From contig CBDATI010000059.1 of NCBI GenBank assembly GCA_965199675.1, forward strand, positions 78,291 through 142,290: a stretch of DNA of 64,000 nt, read 5' to 3'. This stretch comes from Vicinamibacterales bacterium. GTDB taxonomy: Bacteria; Acidobacteriota; Vicinamibacteria; Vicinamibacterales; UBA8438. The notes below the pieces were generated by a model. It saw only the letters and a list, made by a program, of their open reading frames with translations. It made no database searches and had not been told where the DNA came from. The stretch's first letter is position 1. Every line of letters begins with the position of its first letter. Positions 56,901 to 64,000 of the stretch are shown here, in pieces. A program made the position numbers and the translations under genes.

Positions 56901-58121
56901 CCCATGCTTGGCGACTTGAGGCCCTACTCGAAGACGAAGGACTCCGGCGTGGAGTGGCTGGGGAAGGTGCCGGCGCATTGGGAGGTCGTGCAGCTCGGCC
57001 GGATGGGTCGGCTCTTCAAAGGCGGCGGTGGCACGAAGGCGGACGATCGCGAGGACGGCGTGCCGTGCGTCCGCTACGGGGACCTGTACACGCATCACCG
57101 CTTCTTCATCACCGACAGCAGAGCGCGCGTTGCGCCCGAGACGGCCGCCACATACACACCGCTCCGCTACGGCGACGTCCTGTTCGCCGGGTCGGGCGAG
57201 ACCATCGACGAGATCGGCAAGTCCGCCGTCAACCTGATGCGCGACCCCGCCTGTTGTGGCGGTGACGTGATCGTCTTCCGGCCGTCCATCGATGTCGATA
57301 CCAGGTTCCTGGGCTACGCCGCGGACTGTCCGCAGGTGGCGTGGCAGAAGGCACGCATGGGGCGCGGCATCACGGTGATGCACATCTATGGGAGCGAACT
57401 CAAGTACCTGTTCGTCGCTCTGCCGCCGCTCCCCGAGCAGACCGCCATCGTCCGCTTCCTCGACCACGCCGACCGGCGCATCCGGCGCTACATCCGCGCC
57501 AAGGAGAAGCTGATCGCGCTGCTGGAGGAGCAGAAGCAGGCTTTCATCGACGAGGCCGTTACCGGGCGGATCGACGTGCGGACCGGCCGGCCGTACCCGG
57601 CCTACAAGGATTCAGGGGTGAAGTGGTTGGGGAGAGTGCCAGAACAGTGGGAGGTCAGGCCGCTCGGTCGCATCGGTCGGTTCTTCAAGGGAGGCGGCGG
57701 AACCAAGGAGGACGAGAGAGAGGACGGCATTCCTTGTGTCCGCTACGGCGACCTGTACACACAACACGAGTTCACCATCGCCGCGGCCCGGGCGTGCGTT
57801 ACCTCGGAGCTGGCGGCAACGGTTTACACGCCAATTCGGTACGGAGACGTTTGTTTCGCAGGGTCGGGGGAAACCATCGATGAAATTGGCAAGTCTGCAG
57901 TCAACTTGATTCGTGGCCCGGCTGTATGTGGCGGCGACGTGATCATTTTCCGACCCTCCAATGAAGCAGATGCTCGGTTCCTCGGTTACGCAACGGATTG
58001 TTCCGCGTCTGCGCGCCAGAAGGCGACGATCGGCCGCGGTTTCACGATCGTTCACATCTATTCCAGTGACCTCAAGCACGTCACGGTTGCGATTCCCAGC
58101 CTTTCCGAACAAGCTGCCCTA

Positions 58122-59623
58122 CCAGCCCGTGGAAAAAGTCGGCAAATTCGGGCCGATCGGGTCGATCTGAGTGGTTGTAGTGTCGTAGACTTCACAGCAT
58201 GGCGATGGGCAAGAGGCCGGCGGCTCGACCGGCGCCACCGATGTGGGTGACGGCAGAGGACCTTCCCAAGAGTGCGGGGCATCCCTTCTTCGAGCGGCTG
58301 AATCGGATTCTGGAGAAATCCAGGTTCGACGCTTTCGTGGAGGGGTTGTGTGCGGTCTTCTACGCGGAGCGAATGGGTCGTCCGAGTCTGCGACCCGGGC
58401 GGTATTTCCGGCTTCTGTTCATCGGGTATTTCGAGGGTCTGTCATCGGAGCGCGCGATTGCGTGGCGGGTCGCGGATTCGCTGAGCCTGCGGGCTTTCCT
58501 GGATCTGGACGTGACGGAGGCGACGCCGAACCACTCGACGCTGTCACGGACTCGGCGTCTGATCGACGTGGAGACGCACGCGGCGGTGTTCACGTGGGTG
58601 CTGGAGCGGTTGTCGGAAGCGGGTCTGGTGAAGGGGAAGACGATCGGGGTGGACGCGACGACGCTGGAAGCGAACGCGGCGATGCGGAGCATCGAGCGTC
58701 GGGATACGGGGGACTCGTACGACGCGTTCGTGCGGGGGCTGGCGGAGGCATCTGGCATTGCGACGCCGACGCGGGCGGAGTTGGCGCGTTTCGACCGTTC
58801 GCGGAAGGGCCGGAAGACGTCGAATGAAGAGTGGACGTCTCCGCAGGACCCGGACGCGAAGATCGCGAAGATGAAGGACGGTCGGACGCATCTGGCCCAC
58901 AAGGCGGAGCACGGTGTCGACCTGGAGACGGGAGCGCTCCTGTCGGTGACGGTTCAGGACGCGTCGGAGGGTGATACGGCGACGCTGCCGGAGACGCTGA
59001 CGAAGGCGGCGGAGCAGGTGGAGGCGGTTCAGCCTGACGGTGAGGGCGTCGAAGAGGTGGTGGCCGACAAGGGGTATCACAGCGACGCGACGCTGGTGGC
59101 GCTCGACGACCTTGGTGTACGCAGCTACATCGCGGAGCCGGCGCGTGGTCGGCGCGTCTGGCAGGACAAGAAGACGGGTGAGACGCCGCCGGAGAAGCGT
59201 GCTGCGCAGTCGGCGCTGTATGGGAATCGTCGGCGTATTCGCGGGGACCGGGGCCGTCGTCTCCAACGCTGCCGGGGGGAACTGGTGGAGCGGCCTTTCG
59301 CTCACCAGTATGAGACCGGGGGTCTGCGTCGGGTGTGGGTGCGCGGCCATGAGAATGTCCGCAAGCGGGTGCTGGTCCAGGCGGCGGGCTGCAACCTGGG
59401 TCTGTTGCTGCGCCGCCTGACGGGCGTCGGTACGCCCCGGAGCCTGCAGGGGCGGGCTCTTTCGGCGATTCTCGGGCTGATCGAACGCCTCATGGGCCTC
59501 TGGGGGCGTCTGAACGGCCTCTGGAGGGCCAAATGGGCTCCGGTCGCCCCCTGGGGCTCAGCCGCTCGTCCCCAAGCTGCTTGAACAGGCCCGCTCAGCG
59601 AACCGACTTCGTCCACGGGCTGA
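58122..59623 (+). mobile_element. 1502-bp insertion sequence (IS5/IS1182-like DDE transposase) with imperfect terminal IRs and TA duplication
   Basis: IRL is CCAGCCCGTGGAAAAAGTCGG (58122-). The reverse complement of the right end is TCAGCCCGTGGACGAAGTCGG (-59623). It is flanked by TA (58120-58121) and TA (59624-59625) and carries a single 461-aa transposase ORF. Confidence 0.85.
58199..59584 (+). CDS. DDE transposase (IS5/IS1182-like; N-terminal DUF772-type domain)
   Basis: ..HPFFERLNRILEKSRFDAFVE..GRPSLRPGRYFRLLFIGYFEGLSSERAI..VDATTLEANAA..KMKDGRTHLAHKAEHGVDLETGALLSVTVQDASEGD..VADKGYHS. The family-level call is from memory. Confidence 0.85.
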   Translation: MAMGKRPAARPAPPMWVTAEDLPKSAGHPFFERLNRILEKSRFDAFVEGLCAVFYAERMGRPSLRPGRYFRLLFIGYFEGLSSERAIAWRVADSLSLRAFLDLDVTEATPNHSTLSRTRRLIDVETHAAVFTWVLERLSEAGLVKGKTIGVDATTLEANAAMRSIERRDTGDSYDAFVRGLAEASGIATPTRAELARFDRSRKGRKTSNEEWTSPQDPDAKIAKMKDGRTHLAHKAEHGVDLETGALLSVTVQDASEGDTATLPETLTKAAEQVEAVQPDGEGVEEVVADKGYHSDATLVALDDLGVRSYIAEPARGRRVWQDKKTGETPPEKRAAQSALYGNRRRIRGDRGRRLQRCRGELVERPFAHQYETGGLRRVWVRGHENVRKRVLVQAAGCNLGLLLRRLTGVGTPRSLQGRALSAILGLIERLMGLWGRLNGLWRAKWAPVAPWGSAARPQAA

Positions 59624-59882
59624 TAGCCGGTTTCATTGAGGATGGGACTCGGAACATGAGCGCGGCTATTGCCGGCAGTCGGGGCCAGATCAAACGGGTA
59701 CGCGAGTACCGCACGCGCCTGATCGCGGACGTCGTCGCCGGCAAGCTCGATGTTCGCGAGGAGGCAGCTGGTCTTCCCGATGTCGATGCGCTGGCCGCCG
59801 AAGACGAGGCGGAGGACGCGGCCGCGGGCGGCGCCGTAACCGATGAAGAGCGACTCGAGGCAGGGCGCGAGGGGGCCGTCGC

Positions 59883-60285
59883 GTGACGCGGGGAGGCGCG
59901 GGCGCGAGCGGGCGGCGCGCGTTGAGGACGCTGCAACCTGCGGTGTTGCGCTGGGCGCGCGAACGCGCCGGGCTCAAGCCCGAGACGCTGGCCGCCGGGA
60001 TGAAAGTGAAGCCGGAGCGGGTCCACCACTGGGAACGGTCCGGCGAGATCAGCGTCTCCCAGGCGGGACCGGTTGGCGCGGCGTACCCATACGCCCCTCG
60101 GCTTCCTCTACCTTCGCGAACCCCCGGACGACGATCTGCCGATACCGGATTTCCGCGCGCCGCACGATCTGAGCCACTTCGACGCCACGGCGGACATCTG
60201 GCGGGATGAGCATTTCCGGGGTTGGTCGAACCGTTGTCCGCGGTGTCGCGGTGGTCGTGGCCCCACGAGTTCGCCGCGATCCTGA
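59883..60285 (+). pseudogene. decayed HTH(XRE)-type gene, likely the N-terminal part of an HTH + ImmA/IrrE-like protein
   Basis: The GTG overlaps the hsdS stop as GTGA. It reads LQPAVLRWARERAGLKPETLAAGMKVKPERVHHWERSGEISVSQA, then switches frame near 60060-60075 to ..RRTHTPLGFLYLREPPDDDLPIPDFRAP.. and terminates early. No peptidase part is present. Confidence 0.55.
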
Positions 60286-60339
60286 GCGAAGCCGCCTGAC
60301 GGCCACCGAGCGAGGAGCGGCAGGTCGAAGGAGAACGTC

Positions 60340-60597
60340 ATGAGTGTGGAATCGGAACTGGTCGATCGCATCACCGTGCGCCAGGACGTGTTCGGTGGCA
60401 AGCCTGTCATCCGTGACATGCGCATCGCGGTGGAGCACGTCCTCGGGATGTTGGGGGCGGGCGATACGGCGGATACCATCCTGCGGGAATACCCGGACCT
60501 CGAACCGGATGATATACAGGCGTGCCTGCTGTTTGCGCATCGCTCGATGGCTGGCGAGCAGGTGTACGACCGGCTTCCGGTTCGAGAGGCTTCGTGA
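60340..60597 (+). CDS. DUF433 domain protein (antitoxin-like)
   Basis: 85 aa: ITVRQDVFGGKPVIRDMRIAVEHVLGMLGAGDTADTILREYPDLEPDDIQACLLFA. AAGGAGA lies upstream. Confidence 0.8.
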   Translation: MSVESELVDRITVRQDVFGGKPVIRDMRIAVEHVLGMLGAGDTADTILREYPDLEPDDIQACLLFAHRSMAGEQVYDRLPVREAS

Positions 60598-60971
60598 GAT
60601 TTCTTCTCGATGCGTGCGCCGCATCGCGGAGCTTGCGCGAGTTCTTGATGAACCTGGGCCATGATGTCCGGTCCGCGCGAGGTGAGCACGCGCGGGCGTC
60701 GGACGAGGCGCTGCTCGCGTTGGCGTACGATGAGCACCGGGTGCTGGTCACAGAGGACAAGGATTTCGGCGAGCTCGTCTTCCTGCGGCGGCTGTCGCAC
60801 CCGTGCATCGTTCGGCTGGTGGCATTGACGGTCTCGGAGCAGGTGGCGGCGATGCAGGACTTAATCGAGCGGCATGGCGATGCGTTGCGCGCAGGCGCCA
60901 TTGTCGTCGTGACCAGGAGGCGCGTGCGAATACGAGGGACGGCTGGATTCGGGGAGGGAGACCGTGGCTGA
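60594..60971 (+). CDS. DUF5615-like (Mut7-C/PIN-like) protein
   Basis: GTG start overlapping the DUF433 stop as GTGA. It reads VRFLLDACAASRSLREFLMNLGHDV.....ASDEALLALAYDEHRVLVTEDKDFGELVF, the usual partner pattern of DUF433 genes. Confidence 0.72.
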   Translation: MRFLLDACAASRSLREFLMNLGHDVRSARGEHARASDEALLALAYDEHRVLVTEDKDFGELVFLRRLSHPCIVRLVALTVSEQVAAMQDLIERHGDALRAGAIVVVTRRRVRIRGTAGFGEGDRG

Positions 60972-63900
60972 GGCGACAGACACCACCGAGCGCGGCCTCG
61001 AACGCCTCATCTGCACCGCGCTGACCGGCCATCCCTGTGACCCGCCGCAAGAGGGGCGGGTGCGCGAGCCGCGGTCCGGCTACGGCGGAGTGGGCTGGAA
61101 CGCGGGGAATCCGCGGGACTACGACCGTGAATATTGCGTCGATCGGATCCAGCTTGCCGCCTTCCTGCAGGAGACCCAGCCGCAGACCGCCGACGCGCTC
61201 GCGCTGGATGAGGACGGTCCAACCCGACGGAAGTTCCTGGCGCGCCTCCAGGGCGAGATCGCGAAGCGCGGCACCATCGACGTGCTGCGCCACGGCGTCC
61301 GGCATGGCCCGCACGAGCTGGAGCTCTTCTACGGCGCCCCGTCGGCCGGGAACCCGCGGGCGCACGAGTGCTTCGAGCAGAACCGCTTCACGGTCGTCCG
61401 CCAGTTTCGTTACAGCCGCGACGAGACGCAGCGGGCGCTCGACATCGCCCTGTTCATCAACGGCCTGCCCGTGTTCACCTTCGAGCTGAAGAACAACCTC
61501 ACGAAGCAGACGACGGCCGACGCGGTCGAGCAGTACCGGCGGGACCGCAACCCGCGGGAGAAGCTGTTCGAGCTCGGCCGCTGCGTCGCCCACTTCGCGG
61601 TGGACGAGAGCGAGGTGCGCTTCTGCACGCAGCTTCGGGGCAAGGCGTCGTGGTTCCTGCCGTTCGACCGGGGCTGGAACGACGGCGCCGGCAACCCGCC
61701 CCACCCTGCCGGCATCAGGACCAGCTATCTGTGGCGGGAGGTGCTGGCCCGCGAGAGCCTGACCGACATCCTGGAGAACTACGCCCAGGTGGTGGAGGCG
61801 AAGGACGAGAAGACCGGCTGGAAGCAGCGCACGCAGGTCTGGCCCCGCTACCACCAGCTCGACGTGGTGCGGCGGCTGCTGGCCGACGCCGCAGCGCACG
61901 GGGCGGGCCGGCGCTACCTGATCCAGCACTCGGCGGGCAGCGGCAAGAGCAACTCCATCGCCTGGCTGGCCCACCAGTTGATCGGCCTGCGCCGGGACGA
62001 CGCGCCGGTCTTCGACTCGATCATCGTGGTCACCGACCGCCTCGTCCTCGACCGGCAGATCGGCGACACCATCCGGCAGTACGCCCAGGTCGGCGCCACG
62101 GTGGGGCGCGCGCAGCGGTCCGGCGACCTGCGGCGGTTCATCGAGGCGGGGAAGAAGATCATCATCTCGACCGTCCAGAAGTTCCCCTTCATCCTCGACG
62201 AGATCGGCAACGAGCAGCGCACGCGGCAGTTCGCCATCGTCATCGACGAGGCGCATTCCAGCCAGGGCGGGCGCACGTCGGCCTCCATCTCGGCCGCGCT
62301 GGGGACGGCCGGCGAGGAGGGCGAGGACGAGACCTTCGAGGATCGCATCAACCGCGTGATGGAATCACGCAAGCTGCTGCCCAACGCCAGCTACTTCGCG
62401 TTCACCGCGACGCCGAAGAACCGGACGCTGGAGATCTTCGGCGCGCCCGATCCGCAGCCCGACGGCGCGGTCCGACACCGCGCCTTCCACCGCTACACCA
62501 TGAAGCAGGCCATCGAGGAGGGCTTCATCCTGGACGTGCTGGCGCACTATACGCCGGTGGCCAGCTTCTATCGGCTCGCCAAGACGGTGGAGGACGACCC
62601 GGAGTTCGACGTCAGGAAGGCGCAGAAGAAGCTGCGGCGCTTCGTCGAGGGCCACGACCACGCTATCCGCCTCAAGGCCGAGATCATGGTCGACCACTTC
62701 CACGCCCAGGTCCTCGCCAGGAACAAGATCGGCGGTCAGGCGCGGGCGATGGTCGTGACGAATGGCATCGAGCGCGCCATCCAGTACTTCCACGCCATCC
62801 GCGACTACCTCCAGGAACGCAAGAGCCCCTGCCGCCCCATCGTCGCCTTCTCCGGCGAGCACGAGTTCGGCGGCCGGAAGGTGACCGAGACGTCACTGAA
62901 CGGCTTCCCGTCCGGGCAGATCGCCGAGAAGGTCCGGGAGGACCCGTACCGCTTCCTCGTCTGCGCCGACAAGTTCCAGACCGGCTACGACGAGCCGCTG
63001 CTGCACACGATGTACGTCGACAAGACGCTGTCCGGCATCAAGGCGGTACAGACGCTCTCGCGCCTCAACCGGGCGCACCCGCAGAAGCACGACGCGTTCG
63101 TGCTCGACTTCCTCAACGACGCCGACACCGTCCGGGACGCCTTCGCCGACTTCTACCGCGCGACAATCCTGGCCGGCGAGACCGACCCCGACAAGCTCCA
63201 CGACCTGCAGGCCGATCTCGACGCCGCACAGGTCTACTCACCGGAGCAGGTGGATGACCTCGTCGAACGCTACCTCGACGGGGCCGAGCGCGACGAACTC
63301 GATCCGATCCTCGACGCCTGCGTCGCCGTCTATGTGCAGGACCTCGACGAGGACGCGCAGGTGGCCTTCAAGGGCAGGGCCAAGGCGTTCGTGCGGACCT
63401 ACGGCTTCCTGTCGTGCGTCCTGCCGTACGCGAATGCGGCGTGGGAGAAGCGCTCCATCTTCCTGAACTTCCTGATCCCGAAGCTGCCGGCTCCCGCGGA
63501 GGAGGATCTGTCGAAGGGCATCCTCGACGCCATCGACATGGACAGCTACCGGGTGGAGAAGCGCGCGGCGCAGCAGCTCCTGCTGCCCGACGAGGATGCG
63601 GAGGTCGATCCGGTGCCGGCCAGCGGCGGTGGCCACCGGCCGGAGCCGGAACTCGACCGCCTGTCGAACATACTCAGGACGTTCAACGATCTGTTCGGCG
63701 ACATTCCCTGGAACGATGCCGATCGAGTGCGACAACTCATCACGGATACCATCCCGTCGCGCGTCGCCGACGATGCCGCATTCCAGAATGCAAGGCGCAA
63801 CTCGGATGACGAGAACACCCAAATCGAGCATGACAAGGCGCTGCGTCGCGTGGTGAACAACGTCATGAACGACGACGCCGAGTTGTTCAAGCGGTTCATG

Positions 63901-64000
63901 GACGACGAGGGCTTCAGGCGGTGGATGACCGACGCAGTCTTCGAGCTGGCCTGCGCGAGGACGGAGGATACTGCGGGTGTCGGCCGGACGGTCGTTGGGC
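60964..64000 (+). CDS. hsdR: type I restriction endonuclease subunit R, partial (continues past window end)
   Basis: My own translation from GTG 60964 (GGGGAGGGAG upstream) has no stop before the window end. It reads VAEATDTTERGLERLICTAL..ALDIALFINGLPVFTFELKN (nuclease region). It continues YLIQHSAGSGKSNSIAWLAHQL (Walker A), FAIVIDEAHSSQGG (DEAH) and FTATPKN. The last codons (..DDEGFRRWMTDAVFELA..) look close to the C-terminus. Confidence 0.9.
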   Translation, partial: MAEATDTTERGLERLICTALTGHPCDPPQEGRVREPRSGYGGVGWNAGNPRDYDREYCVDRIQLAAFLQETQPQTADALALDEDGPTRRKFLARLQGEIAKRGTIDVLRHGVRHGPHELELFYGAPSAGNPRAHECFEQNRFTVVRQFRYSRDETQRALDIALFINGLPVFTFELKNNLTKQTTADAVEQYRRDRNPREKLFELGRCVAHFAVDESEVRFCTQLRGKASWFLPFDRGWNDGAGNPPHPAGIRTSYLWREVLARESLTDILENYAQVVEAKDEKTGWKQRTQVWPRYHQLDVVRRLLADAAAHGAGRRYLIQHSAGSGKSNSIAWLAHQLIGLRRDDAPVFDSIIVVTDRLVLDRQIGDTIRQYAQVGATVGRAQRSGDLRRFIEAGKKIIISTVQKFPFILDEIGNEQRTRQFAIVIDEAHSSQGGRTSASISAALGTAGEEGEDETFEDRINRVMESRKLLPNASYFAFTATPKNRTLEIFGAPDPQPDGAVRHRAFHRYTMKQAIEEGFILDVLAHYTPVASFYRLAKTVEDDPEFDVRKAQKKLRRFVEGHDHAIRLKAEIMVDHFHAQVLARNKIGGQARAMVVTNGIERAIQYFHAIRDYLQERKSPCRPIVAFSGEHEFGGRKVTETSLNGFPSGQIAEKVREDPYRFLVCADKFQTGYDEPLLHTMYVDKTLSGIKAVQTLSRLNRAHPQKHDAFVLDFLNDADTVRDAFADFYRATILAGETDPDKLHDLQADLDAAQVYSPEQVDDLVERYLDGAERDELDPILDACVAVYVQDLDEDAQVAFKGRAKAFVRTYGFLSCVLPYANAAWEKRSIFLNFLIPKLPAPAEEDLSKGILDAIDMDSYRVEKRAAQQLLLPDEDAEVDPVPASGGGHRPEPELDRLSNILRTFNDLFGDIPWNDADRVRQLITDTIPSRVADDAAFQNARRNSDDENTQIEHDKALRRVVNNVMNDDAELFKRFMDDEGFRRWMTDAVFELACARTEDTAGVGRTVVG

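Larger units (their letters stand above)
56904..59886 (+). pseudogene. hsdS: type I R-M specificity subunit interrupted by an IS element
   Basis: It has two similar TRDs and a central conserved helix (LPPLPEQTAIVRFLD...LLEEQKQAFIDEAVTGRIDV). The second conserved region PSLSEQAAL| is cut at 58121 and resumes at 59626 as |AGFIEDGTRNMSAAIAGSRGQIKRVREYRTRLIADVVAGKLDVRE. Removing 58122-59625 restores one frame. Confidence 0.85.

Overview
High-GC (about 70% by eye) bacterial chromosomal window. Several genes suggest an Acidobacteriota-like soil lineage, but this is inference only. They are an acidobacterial-type VWA protein, two 'planctomycete-type' pairs (PSCyt/DUF1549/DUF1553 + DUF1501, and DUF1592-family + DUF1552), a CRTAC1/ASPIC + multihaem-TPR operon, and cytochrome P460. 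Conserved core blocks are thrC-frr-pyrH-tsf-rpsB / rpsI-rplM (minus strand), pilMNOPQ, an M24 peptidase, accBC-thiE, an AGCS symporter and folD. There are two accessory/defence regions. (i) 7.9-16.5 kb holds two tandem paralogous small coiled-coil membrane proteins and a visibly lower-GC XRE + ImmA/IrrE cassette with three small uncharacterised genes. This cassette ends 17 bp from a complete type I R-M operon (hsdR-hsdM-hsdS). (ii) 51.2-64 kb holds a DUF4143 AAA ATPase and a second, heavily remodelled type I R-M locus. In that locus hsdM is fused in frame to a PIN-like domain. It is followed by an antitoxin-like/HicB-like fusion ORF, a diverged and deleted second copy of the hsdM 3' end, hicB and a frameshifted hicA. 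Next come an hsdS split by a 1.5-kb IS element, a decayed HTH gene, a DUF433/DUF5615 pair and hsdR, which runs off the window. I rate the HsdM-PIN fusion and this toxin-antitoxin-nested R-M locus as the best candidates for an undescribed system. Other notable structure includes a 103-bp tandem triplication of the accB 5' end that creates two uORFs, 75-nt repeats inside pilQ, and a perfect 23-bp tandem repeat upstream of hsdM. AT-rich -10 boxes also sit 8-11 nt from start codons, suggesting leaderless mRNAs. Many long Arg/Ala/Gly/Pro-rich ORFs in the track are GC-driven artefacts and were ignored. All family assignments come from motif recognition by eye; no searches were run.
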